DNA of 64,000 nucleotides from Raillietiella orientalis (Eukaryota), in assembly GCA_036172245.1 (NCBI GenBank), contig JAYWIR010000086.1:1-64000 (forward strand), written 5' to 3'. Below the pieces are notes generated by a model. The model was not told the origin of the DNA. It did not search any database and saw nothing but the letters and a program-made list of their open reading frames with translations. Shown here piece after piece: positions 49,401 through 61,980 of this stretch. A program made the position numbers and the translations under genes. The number at the start of each line of letters is the position of its first letter. The first letter of the stretch is position 1.

Positions 49401-52400
49401 CAGACAGCGCACCATGGAGACGGCGGGATCGGACTGACCGCCTATCGTCGATGCTGCTTCCAGCGAGGACCGCCTGCTCGACACGTGGGCACCTCCTGAT
49501 TTTCTGGATCACTCCCCTTCCTCGCCCCCACCTAACCGAGGGATGCGCGGCTTCTCCCCGGAGGCAGTCTCGAGTGTGTCGGAGGGAGGCTGTGGCCTCC
49601 AGAAATACCCGCGAAGGAAGAGAATGGAGAGTCGGGAAGCCGCCCCAACATCCTCTCCTCCCCCTGCATCTCTGGAGGAACTCCCCGGATCTCCTGCTCT
49701 GCTCTGCTCCGAGTCTTTCGTGCCGGTGACCCTTCCTGAAGGAAAGGTTTACCAGAGACTTCCTGAATCCCAGTCCGGAGAGCAGGCAGACCACACAGCC
49801 TCCAGGACCTCTCGGCGTCCGAATCCGTGCTCCGTCATCGAAGCTGGGCCTCCACGCGGCGCGCTGGAGGAGGAATGCAGGATGCATCCCGCGCCTGGAA
49901 ACGGACCACCAGACTCTCCCGGTGGGCGCTGCTTCAGGAGGAGGAAGAGCAGGGAGGCGAACCTCGGGCGGATCGCCCGGGTACGAGTGCGCCCTCTGGC
50001 TCCAGTGGCGCAGTTTCAGCTCCTCCTTCCAATATCCCCCCCTCCTTTCTCCTGAGGCCGTTCTGCGCCTGCTGGTGGAAGCTGAGCCACCCAGGTGAGG
50101 AGAGTTTGCCCCCGGGAGCGGAAAAGAACGCTCCCTTCTCATCACGCAGAGACCCAGGGGTCGTTCCGCGAATGTCCGTCTCGGGAAGTGACCACCCGTG
50201 CTCCGCCCTTTCAGCGCCGCGCGTCCAGCCGCTCGCAGCAGCTCGAAACCCCCCAGATCAAAGCGTTCCCGAGCAGGAGAGGCAGCTGCCGATCGATCGA
50301 GTGGACCAGATTTTCAAGGTAACGTGCAGATGGATGTCCAGCACAAGATATCCAGCATAGGGAAGCCATCCCAGTTCCTTCTTCCTGTTCCTCCTCATCG
50401 TCCCCATTAATCGGATTACCTTGGATCAACGTGGGAGAAGCAGCAGCACGCAAACAGCCGTACTCTTCGCGGAGTTTTTCTCTAGAAGCTTCCTCCACCG
50501 GAAAGGTTCCCCATGCGCCGTTGGCACGCCAGAGGAAAGGAACGAGGGGGGGAGCAGGGGAAACAGGGGCAACAAACAGTAGCGAAACTGCGAGGTAGCC
50601 AAAGTGGGAGAGGAAGCAAAGACGAAGAGGGAAAAGAGGAGGAGGAGGAAGAAAAGTGGAGGGTGGGGCGGAAGGAAAGAAGGGAAAGAGGATGAAGAGT
50701 AGGAAGGAAAGAGGGAAAAGAGAAGGGAAAGGAGGAGGAAGGAAAGAAGAGGCCAACTAGGCCTTTCCCTCCAAGAGGAAACGTGGAAACAGCAGTTTTT
50801 CTGGGAAGCCGAGCAGTGGTGGCGCACAGTTCGACGGCGGCGCTCCAGGAGGACGCCCGGCCCAGTCAGGGGCTACCGCGAGGGCTGATCCGATTTCTAA
50901 GAAAGGCCTCTCCCTTCCCCAGGGGACGGACCGAATGCGTGGAAGGGGACGCCTGAAGCCTCACGCGAGTGCATAGGGGGGAATCACGGCGGAGGATCGC
51001 GCGCGCCTTTTTGTTTCTGAGGATCGGCGGGGACCTCGGCACTCGCTCCAGCGAACGGCCTGGGCTCTAGGGGAGTAGGAAATCGCTCCCTGGAAGAGGC
51101 TGCCGCGCGACAGGAGACGCTCCTCCTTATTCCCATCTTCGTGGCAGCCGGATGTCACAGCGCCCCGTGGACACGCGCGCACCCATCGACCTGGAAGCAC
51201 GCCAGGAGGTCGCAGTCCTCCCGCCACCTTCCGATTCTCTTCCTTGGGGTCCTCCGGCTCTCGGCTGACTTCCTCCCGGGAGGAGGGGTCGAGGAGATGC
51301 AGCCACGGCTACGGCGAAGGGGCTGGAGGTCGCGGCAGCTACGACCGCTGCCCGGCTCCCCGGGTGCGCTCCACGCCCAGCATCCCCTCCGCCTCCCACA
51401 GAGCTAGCGCAGTGCCCTTCTCCGGCAGCGTCAGCCTGGAGGGAGGTCCTCTGCACACTTGGCGCGGAGTGGCTGCACCCCCGTCCGTTGTTTGGAAGCT
51501 GGGCGCTTTCGCTCCTCCTCCCAGAACGAGAGATCCGACCTCCCGAGACACGGGGAATTCGGACCCCCTCGCACGCTCTACGTGCAGCAGGAAAGTCCCC
51601 TCCCTGCGGGACTCCCCCGTCGAGCTCGGCCGACTATTGGCCGCGCTCCACGCGGTTGGGACTGCCGCCCCCACAAGCCCTAGAGCGGGAACGGGAGGAA
51701 CAAGGGAAGAAAGGGCAGGTCCTACCTTCTTGACTCGTGCGGAGAGGGACGTGAAGTCTTCGGCGACCTTCGGGCACCGCGAGGAGGGAGGGAGCGCGTT
51801 TCCCGAGAAACGGTAGCGTCCGTCCGGAGCGAAGGAGGATGCTCAGTGTCGGCGGCGGCAGCAGCAGAAGCAGCAGCGTCACGAGTGACTCCGCGTCGCG
51901 CGTCTCTTCCTTCGTGTGGCTCCCTGGGAAGGCCGACGTTTCCCCCCGGCGTACCCCAGCCGCCAGGCGCGACAATCGATACCCGCCCGGGATCCGACCC
52001 AGTCGCCGCATCCCGCGTGTCCCACACTGCCCACGACGCTCGTTCGGGAAGACCCGCGCGGCCGCGCGCACACGTGGGATCCCCGCGCGTCGCTCTCTCG
52101 CGTGCTCCGAAAGCTTCTCGGGAGCTCCGGGAGGCGACCGGCTCCTCCTGCTCCCTCCCCGGAGAGCGCTTGAAGGAAAAGGGGGGGGCAATCTCCCGAA
52201 GGAAACCTGCCGGGAGGATTCGCGACTACGAGCGCTCGGGAGCGGGCGACGAGCTGCCCGTGGTCGGCGCCATTCCGAGCATCCCTCCTTCCTGTGCGGG
52301 GGGAGAGCTCCGGGAACAGGACGGAAACGGCAGACGACAGTTCGACCACGCAGGGCGCTTGGAGCTCGAAAGCGCTTCCTTCGACGGACCTCCCTTCGCC

Positions 52401-55400
52401 GTCCAGGGGGGCTCGGGGACCTCCTGGGAACGCCGGAGAAACGAGCGGCGGAGCGAATCGGGAAGACGGGTGCGCCCAGACCCGCCCGCTGCTCTCTCTC
52501 TCAGGGATGCGATCTCTGCAGCCTCCTCGAAGCAGGGATCCACGCGAGTGGGACGCCTTTGGCGGAGGGAAGGGACAGGAGAACCGCCCGGGGATCGCGG
52601 GGGGAGGGGGAGGAGAGCACAAGCGCGTTTCGAGGAGCCGGTTTCCCTGGATCTCCGCGCAGGCCGGAGGCGCCGGGTGGTGCGGTTGGTGGGAAGGGAA
52701 GGGGGAAGAGGAAGGAGCGGTGGGACAGGGCGAACCGAGTACTCCCGTCTTCGGACCTTCCGCTGCCTCCGCGGATCTTCGCCAAAATGCGGAGACCTAA
52801 CAGCTCTAACTCGCTTTCGCTTCCCCTCTCGAGGCGCGGAGTCTCCCGTTGGCTTCTCCGCCTCGAAGGTTCCCTGCGGCTGCAGTCTGCCTCTCGCGGA
52901 GGAGATTTCAGGCTGAGGCTGACTCCTTGCTCTACCTTCCTCCCCTATCCCCCTCCTTCCCTCGCCTTCGGTGCACAGCCTAACCTCTCGGTATGTGGCT
53001 TCCCTGCAGGCGATCCGCTATCGTCCCAGTGGCGCCTTCCCGGAGTGCCTGGCGCTGCCTTTCTCTTCGTCGTGGTCATCGGTTCAGACGATAGCTCCAC
53101 TCACAGCCGCTCCTTTTAGAGCGGTGGGCCCTGCCGGAGACTTTGGAAAATAGGGGAAGAGGGGACTCGCGAGGACAACTGTCGGTTTTCTCTGCTCTTC
53201 CCTACCCCTCCGTCTTCCGCCTGAATCACCCCTCCACCCGCTCCTTCCTACTCTTTTCGCACTCTAGTCGCCGCTCCGGAGGGATGCCCCTCCTGCTTCA
53301 GCCCTTCTCATCCGTCCCGTCCTCCTGAGAATTTTTCCTGGACTGAGACAACTTTCGGTTTGGATCACCTTTTTTCGAGATGACCTTCCATCTTCCCGAC
53401 GGAAACAGTGCTTCTGCTGACCAGCAGCCCAGACTGGACATCTCTCAGGAGCCTTTCCGCTCCTAATCACCTCAGGTCCGGTCCGTCCAGGAGTCAGTCG
53501 GGCCGACGGTGGCGTGGCCTACCCCACAAGGACTGGCATTTCGAAATCTTCGGTCAAGTGAAAGGACAGAAGCTGAGCTCCACTCCCTGGAAACCAAGTC
53601 TTCTCCTCCTACAAAGCTGCCACGGAGGATCTCTGCATATGCAAATGAATGGTCAAGGACACCACATATGTCCAAGGGCGGATCTCTTCTCCTTGAGTCC
53701 TTCCTTCTTTCTCTTCTTCTTCTCGTCCTCTCATCATTCTCCTTCTTTCCTCTTCTTCGGTCTTTTGCACCCCCTTCTCAAGATTGGACCACATAAAATA
53801 TGGGGTGGTCTTCACGATTCCTCGTCTCCTCCACCAGTGAAGCAGATCCCCTGCGTATCCATGGAACCCTTCCAGCAGCGAAGGGGCGCTCGCGATGAGG
53901 AGCTGCGGAAAGGAAAATAGAAGGCACCCTGCAGTCACAAGGGTGCAATCCGTGAACTCTTCTCGGCCTTTTGGCTAAGATCAAAGTGTAGAATCCGTGA
54001 ACTCTTCCAGCCCACAGTCTCTCTTCTTCCACTGTCCGATGCTTCCGTGCTGACCGATGCGGTGGGCTGGTGAGCTAGACTCTTGCTGGTACCCCGTGAG
54101 GCTTCGCGACTTCCTGTGCCACGGTTCTTCTAGAGCTTAGGGTTCTCTACGTTCCGAACACGAAGGACCCTCGCCCTCGAGAAGAACCATGACCAATTGA
54201 GCGTGTCGGCCCTTCGATACGAGGCGAAAGGAAGCTTCCAGATGTCTCCTCCCTTGGTTGTCTCCGCCGGAATCCACACAGAAGCCAAGCAAAGCGCGGA
54301 ATCGCTCTGGAATCCACTGGCACTCCAGCGTGTTGGCAGCGTCCTTGATCTCACTCGGGGATAGGGTAGGTCCGGTGACAGACTCCTGGAGCTAAAGTGG
54401 GCGAAGCAGGTCTCAACACAGCTCAGGCAGGATTCTTAAATTGTGACTTCAAATGAGCTTGTGCATTGCATCCATCAAGCTTATGCAAAGAATCCTTCAG
54501 GGTTCTGTGTGCCTCTGGCAAGAGACCTTTCCCCGGCGAGTTTCTCCTGCAATCTCCCTCCCGTGGTCTACTCCACTCATCCTCGCATCAGGCGAGGTTC
54601 CGGTGCAGTCTCTCTCTGAAGCTTCGAGTGACGTCTTTCATTCCCTTTCCTTTCCAGGACGAAGGAGTTCAACTTGGCCAGGACAACAGGATAGCGCAAA
54701 TCACAGGAGAGTCCCTTTAATTCTGAGTAGAGATGAAAAGGGTAAAAATGGAGAGATGATTTATCCGAGAGCATGGAAATATCCTCCATTTCCTCGGATC
54801 TGTTTCGCCAAAACTGATTCCTCACCTGCGATCCCAGCTTCCTTTTTACGTTGATAGGCAGCTGTTCCGAAAGGTGAATTATCAGCATTCGATGGTGATT
54901 CACCGTCGGTCTCTCTTCATTTCGTTCTCCAGAGGAGAAAAGATGATGCATCAGAGGAAATTGCTTTATTCCCTTCTGCCCTTCCTCTCTCTCTCTCTCC
55001 TTGGAACCATATGCCTAATATGAAAGTAGAAACGAATAGGTTCTTCAGGGGGAGAGAGGGGGGAACCTCAGTTCTTTTCAGTGTCCTGTTCTTAGAGAAC
55101 TGGTTATTGAAAACCTTGAATACACATCGGCCTTAAAAATTCATCATGATATGAAATTGTTTCCGTAAGAAAACCGCAGGTTACTTAAGAATTACAGTTA
55201 CCGATTGCTATACCGAGCATGACAAGCATCACAAACAAACTAAAAGCGCCATCACACTATTCAGAAGAGTCGTGCTCGAAATAGATAGAAAGGTCAACGA
55301 AAAGTATAGTGTTTAATATCAACATTGAGAATAAAACAGCGGATTTTTTAGGATAAAATGGAAGAAGCGAAGCAGTCGAATACAGCATTCAGTCCAGTGA

Positions 55401-56102
55401 GACTCCGAGAAGCCAATAAGCTAAAAAGTCTTAATAAAGAATGATAACGACAGTTGATTGTGTTACAATCTGAAATGAAACTAAACAAACATGCATTTCG
55501 GAAATACTAATGGAATAATCATTGCTTACGTGAAGAATATTCATTTCATGCAAATAAAGGCTTCATAGGAGCTACTGTGCTGAAGTGAGTGAATTTATTC
55601 AGTAACTGAGTGAGCATAGTGATTTCTGTTTCTATGTTCTTTTTCAGAAACTGACATTAAGAATCTTGAATGAAATCAGTTATGAAACTTGTATTCCTCA
55701 TTACAACAGACTTGTATGCGTTGTTTCCTATAAAAAAAATATGTAATGGTTTTATGAGAAGAAAGTTTATTGTTTATCCATTTATTCAAGGAAACTTTAA
55801 TTTGTTTATGAGTATTTTCGTGCAGAAGTTCACTTTCGTTGGAAATGAGATCATCTTTTTAGTTAGCAATTCTGAGAAATATGTGTGAAAACCTTAATTT
55901 CTTGAAATGTTTTCTATTTTTTTCTCGTTATCCACTCTGAGACTTTTGTCTTTTCGTTTTGTTTTTCCATTAATAATCTTCTAAAGCACTGCAATGGCTA
56001 AGAAAAGTGACATGGTGATCCGAAATTCTTGGCATCCCTGTACTTCAAGCAATTGAGGTAATGCAATGCTAAAATGCCACCTATGTTTGCTAGGCTGTTA
56101 GC

Positions 56103-56912
56103 ATGGATATTAATTCTTTAAAACTCAGTTTGTACGGAACTGCTAATCTTCTTGGGGAACTGGACAGTAAGATGAGTTTGAATATTTGAAATTTGCAGAT
56201 TAAAAGAGAAAACAGCTTATAAGGCTTTCGTTCAATCGAGAATTTTTTGCAAACATATTTGCTCACTGTACAAGCAGTACTGTATAGAAAACATGTTAGT
56301 TTATTAAAAAGCTTTATTAAAGAAATGTATTCGATTAAAGTTTCTTTGCTAGAAAAACTTATGGTTGCCTTAAGAGATGGAAGAACCTTGATTGGTTATT
56401 TAAGAAGCGTTGATCAGTTTGCCAACCTTGTTCTTCATCAGACTGTTGAAAGAATCTACGTTGGTCAGTGTTATGGAGAAATTGAGCGTGGAATTTTCAT
56501 CATAAGGGGAGAAAATGTAGTCTTGCTAGGTGAAATTGTAAGCTTTTAATTATTTTGTAATTCATTCATGTGTACATCACTGTGTAAGAAAGCAGTGACT
56601 AGGTAGATACGTTATTTTTTTCGTGACGTTAAATACAGTGTTTAGATTAAATTAGTAGGCTTATTTTAAATTTGTGCAAACATATTTTTTCTTTTGTGCG
56701 TTATGCTTTTACTGTATTATCAAGCAAAATTGATTCAGGATGCTTCAAATGAAAATCCTTCATGTTTGCAAAAAGTATCATTTAATGATATCCTCAAAGC
56801 ACAAAAAGTAGAACAAGAAACAAAGCAAGAACAAGAGAAAATTAGACAGAAGATTCTTAAACAAAGGGGCTTATGCTATTCATTTGATGTTGGACAGGAT
56901 GATATGTATTAA
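56103..56912 (+). CDS. LSM1: Sm-like protein LSm1 (mRNA decapping activator), 3 exons
   Basis: Exons 56103-56166, 56353-56537, 56739-56912: [48 protein letters not shown]...[18 protein letters not shown] plus a helical C-terminal tail; AATAAA about 8 nt after the stop. Confidence 0.96.
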
Positions 56913-59900
56913 GTATTTCAATAAAATGGTATTAATAAACAGTATTCATAGTGATTCCTTGTCATTAACAGTTTATTTGATCATGTTTTGTTTTTAATTC
57001 ATACGTTATCTGGAAAAGTGTTACATGTCAAAATGTTAATGTTTATCACACAGTGTATGTTGAATGTTAAGATAAGAACATACATGTTAAAGATATCAGG
57101 GTGAATAATAATTTTTTTTTTTATTTAACTGCTTACCTCCTCATCTCGATCTTTGTTTCTGTACAAAATCTGATTTCACGGAAACCTATTACTTGGCATG
57201 TGATGCACAGACTTTCTTGTGACGAGAATTGGAAATCAATGCCTTTCAGTAGGAAGGAAGTAATTTATAGTTTTACAATTGCTATCCATGATGGTTAATA
57301 GTGTACAGTCTGTGGCTTTTTAGATTTCACAGAGAAAGGTTTGCACTCCCTTGGACATTTTTTATTGAGACAAACTATTAAAGTGATAACACTTGTAAAA
57401 TAAGTGATCACCACATGTACAATTTTAGAACCAAGGTGCAGTAGTAAGAGCAATGCAAAATAGTAGTAATGGTTGCACATTCTTATTGAAATTTCACTCA
57501 AAATCTAGGGATAGAAATTTGCTGATGAATGCTGGTACTTGAAGATTTTAAATGCGTTCTAGAAAGATTGAATGATTCCAATTAATGTGCTTGCAATATT
57601 AGATGTGCATTTTTCTCACACGTTTTTCAAAGACATTCATTTAAGGTAAACCCCTTGATGTTTTGTTTTGTGCCTGGATGATGTATTGTTTGGGTTGAGA
57701 TTTGTCGTTTGGATTTCTCAAGTTTCAAACAACCTCAAGTAATCAGAAAATGTCTGGTTATGTTTGTGTTGCTTTTGTGTGAGCAAAACTGCAACTACAA
57801 GTGTGTGGAGATTTCAGTTGATGAACTTTTTCAGCAAGGATCATTTTGTCAAATATTTGATCTCTACATTTGCATAGCTACCATCCATGAATTAAATAAA
57901 ATAAACTGAAAACTGTTGGGAAAGAAGGAAACATGTTTGTCGAGAATTTCCCTATAAATTGATGCAAGGAATTGGGAGTTCCTTATGTTACAGTTTTCAA
58001 TTCAAGGTTTCATACATGTCAAAGACTGAGAAGCAGTAAGGTGATTCTCAATGTTTGCCCTGTTTTAGTTTACCCATTTTTCTGGCTGTTTTAACTCTTT
58101 CGTAAGTTGCGTCATTTTGCCCATTATTTTTAAGCTCACACACATCCAATCTGGGAAAATCTTCAATCTTTAAAGTCTTTAGCAAGGGTAGTATTATAAA
58201 AGCACTTCCAAGTAGACAAGAAAGTGACCGAAAAGTTTTTGGTGAGTGAGTACGTGGTTGAATGCCATTTCTTATTCAGCCTCAAACCAGCAAGAACATA
58301 AGTTGTTTTCACGTGATGATATCATTTCATTATGAAATATACTTGATTTTATCATCAACTGTCATTTTTGAATAATTGTGAACATGTTCTTCGGTGGGAA
58401 AAATTTCCAAGGATTAGTTTGCAGAAATACTGACCTTGAGAAATACATGCAATCAATAAAAGTGTTCCACATACGCCAGCCCATTTCAACCACTGGTTAT
58501 TTTTCCTTTGGTGATTGCACCAGACTGACTTATCCTGTAAAACTTGCCGGTCGTGCGGCGTCGTGAATAGCAAATAATCACATATTTTGCTAGGTTCAGC
58601 TTTGATTCGTTTCCACCAATTTTAGGGTCACAAGTTCAATATTAATCATATCTACTTTTCTTTATTATTATGAATGCCAAAAAATGGTTGTTCTTCGCTG
58701 AACCCAGTGAAGGTTACTGAAGTAGTAAAGTCATTTAATAAAAAATCAGACCACTGGCACAGCCTTTTAATTTTCCGAGAATCTGGTTTCCAAATTTGGG
58801 ATCTTGTTTCCTGTCGGGAGATAACGGATCACTTGTGGAGCGTTGCTGCTCGGATACGAGCGAGAAAGGGATGGAGGGTCCAGGTTTCACGTCATAGTGA
58901 GCACCTGAGCATGCCGGGCACCGGCGATACGAACCGATCCCACGATGCAGGTGCGTGTCAAAACAGGCAGCGAACAGAAGTTGGGAAAATCAAGACCGGC
59001 CTGTGAAACACGTAAAAGGGGGGAAGAAAAAAAGAAAAACATCAGCGGGAGGGCTTCGTGAGTCACTCCAGCATAAGTGGGACCGGTGAACTTGCGGGCT
59101 GCGGCTCTCACGACGCGTTCCAGCTGAGAGGTCGCCGACAGCATTCTGACCAGAAGCGACGGCAAGTGTTCGGTGTTCGCACCCACTTGTCATGGCCACG
59201 AACCTCGCGGTTCCGTTCCTGAGCTTTCTCCGACACTGCAGAAGCACACAGAGGCGTCGTCGCCGCCGTAAGTGCGTGGCCGGCCAAAGGGTTGATGAGG
59301 GTACGCCCCACGCCCGCAGCGGCTGCAACTGCCGTGCAGCCTCCGAGCTCCTCACGGAGACCGTGCGGCTTACGGATGTCGCACGCGAATGAAGAGGGGC
59401 GCGAACATCTCCGTGGGCAACGGAATAGGTGACTGCGGTTTTTCCGGGCAGTTGGAAAAGCAGCAACTGCGGGCGAACGCGGTGGAATACAGCAGATGAA
59501 CCACATGTAGGGAACGTGAAAAAAAGATGGAAAGAAAGCATACATTTCTATGAGATCCAAATATTAAGCATGTAAAGGTCCACACAGACCGTTTCCCCCT
59601 CCCCTCCCCCACATATTTCACGGGCAGCCAACAAAACGTTGGCAACTGGAAAAGTGAGAGTGACGGAGCACTTCGGACTTGAATTAAGAATCTCCAAGGT
59701 GCAACTTGAAAAGAATCGAATTTTTCTCAACATTTTTGGGTAGAGTGGCACGATATAACCTAAAGCATAGGCAAATAACAAGTGGAACCATCAAACGGGA
59801 AATTATAAATCACTTCCTCTTTGTCACTGTCGTGACTAAAGTACATTCTTTCGTGAGCCAGGTTTGTACACCGAGGTAATCGTAGCCACTTTGGAAGTGT

Positions 59901-60254
59901 GGACAGGCAATGTTAGCGAACCCCTGTGAATAAGGTCATTGGGGATTTCGGCATGCGTTCAAAGAAAACATCTATTGGCCTTGATGCATGAATTGTGTCT
60001 CTCTTTCAAACACGTACAGTAATTTGCATTTGTTTCTGAAATTCCTTATCCGCTGAAAAGTCTGATGCTCGTTTTCGCCGATCCCTCGCCGACTCGGTTT
60101 CCTGGGTCTCTGCTCGCCGTTCTTGCGTGCCACCGGTACAGCCACTCAGAGAAATGGGCCGTATGCAAGTTTTTTGCATCGGTAACGAAGACTCCAGAGT
60201 ACCAACGGGCCTGGAGACAGCGTCCTGCGAGATTTCATCTCTTGCTCTAAGTGT

Positions 60255-60284
60255 GCTCTCTCTCTCTCTCTGTCTCTCTCTCTC
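60255..60284. repeat. (CT)n microsatellite
   Basis: ctctctctctctctctgtctctctctct run. Confidence 0.85.
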
Positions 60285-61082
60285 CTTTCCGTCGTCCACC
60301 CGTTAATCTGCAGCCCTTGAAAAGAGGATTTTATTCCTTGAGAGTAGTGCTGAGGTAGGTTCCTCTGCTTTGATAGTTAAAGCCCAATTTGCAAGGGGGT
60401 GGCTGATGCGTATTTGTTTGCAGTCTGTTCATGAATGTACCCATGCATTTTAAACAAGTGTGCACCTATTTAATCGTGAAACACTTCAAATGCATGGAGA
60501 CGAATATCGAGTACGTGCCCAGAACGTAGACAGTGGCACGAACCAGCACAGGCATGCACTGAGCTGTTGCAAGGGAGTTCCGCGTTTCTTTCTTGTCCTT
60601 CATCAACACTTTGCTGTCCTCACCCGTGCTGTTTATTTGGTTGTGTAAATTTCTTGTCATTTAGTAATAATTCAGTCTTCTGTCACAAATGCACGTCATT
60701 TAGCCTTAATTAGCAAGCGTAAACTGCGGGTACCCAAAAGATGAAAGGGACAGCAGCAGGATCAGTGCACTGGAATGGCAACAAAATTCTACATCTGGGG
60801 TCTTCTTGAAATTTTTCCTGTAGTGCTGCATTTGGAACTCCTTTTCCATGTCAGTCCGAATTCTCCCGAGAGGTTGCCTTTGCCACACTTCAAGGTGCAG
60901 TGTGGTTTCCCCCCCCCCTTAGGGGGGAACGAAACTTTTCGAAAACTTCCCTTCTAGCATGTCTTTTTCTTTCTGTGGGGGTTCAACCTTTTTTTTAGAT
61001 TTCCAGCAAGAACATCCGCCTTTAGTCTTCCTCTTTTGCTTCCCTTTTTTTCTTTTTTCGCTAGTTTTCACGACCATTTCTA

Positions 61083-61980
61083 CGAGGCGCATCTCAAAAG
61101 CAAGGGCGGATCGGATGTGAAGAAAGGACGAATAAGAGAAACAAAAGTGCTTCGAATTGGTGGTTCGAAACGCATGCATCCTCGTGGCACTCTTCTACGC
61201 AGCCGCCTTTTTTTTTCAAGAACACTTTCGATCCCGTGGAACGGGCTTTTTGAACCCCTCCCTGCATCCAATTCCTGGGAGTTCAGCCACTGCAGCTTCC
61301 CACTCCCCACTTTCCCTCTCGAGTTGCCGAGCCAGTTCTGGAGGTGCAGGAAGGAAGACGTGGTGGCCATTGGGCGGGACTGCGAGGCGGGTGATCAAAA
61401 AGTCCTCATTTGAGTTTCCGAATTGTCTGGAATGTGCGGACAGCATGCGTTGCCAAGGCGCGCGTTGTCGTGAAGGAGAACAACCACATCTGACCTCAGC
61501 ATTCCTCTTCGTCGGTTCTGAGTGGCACGCCGCCGTTTCGAAAGTGTTTCGAAGGAGACTTGCTAAGTGATGGTCGTTCCAGACTCCAAACAGTCCACCA
61601 AACGCACGTCCTTTTGGTCGCACTGCCGCTGTGCGCACGTTCCAGACAATTCAGACATTCGAATGGGAATTTTTTGATCACCCAGTCCTGACCTCGCACC
61701 CACTGACTACCACATCTTCCTGCACCTCCAGAAGTGGCTCAACGATCCGAGGGGGAGAGTGAGGGGTGGAAAACTGCAATGGCTGAACTCCCAGGAATTG
61801 GGTGCAGGGAGGGGTTCAAAAAACCCGTTCCACGGGATCGAAAGTGTTGAAAAAAATGGCGACTTCCTGGAAAAATGGCATGGGAATGTTTGTGTTTTGA
61901 GCCAGCAATGCATTACTTTTGTTTCTCTTATTCGTTTTTTCTTTACATCCGATCCACCCTTACTTTTGAGATGCGCCTCG
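61083..61980. mobile_element. Non-autonomous palindromic mariner-derived element with TA target duplication
   Basis: TA|cgaggcgcatctcaaaag ... cttttgagatgcgcctcg|TA; imperfect inverted arms of about 360 bp; the right arm encodes FEWEFFDHPSPDLAPTDYHIFLHLQKWL, matching the mariner YSPDLAPxDYHLF motif. Confidence 0.92.

Noticed and set aside
51839..53119. 426-aa and 356-aa plus-strand ORFs
   Set aside because: GC-rich, stop-poor sequence open in several frames; no recognisable domain.
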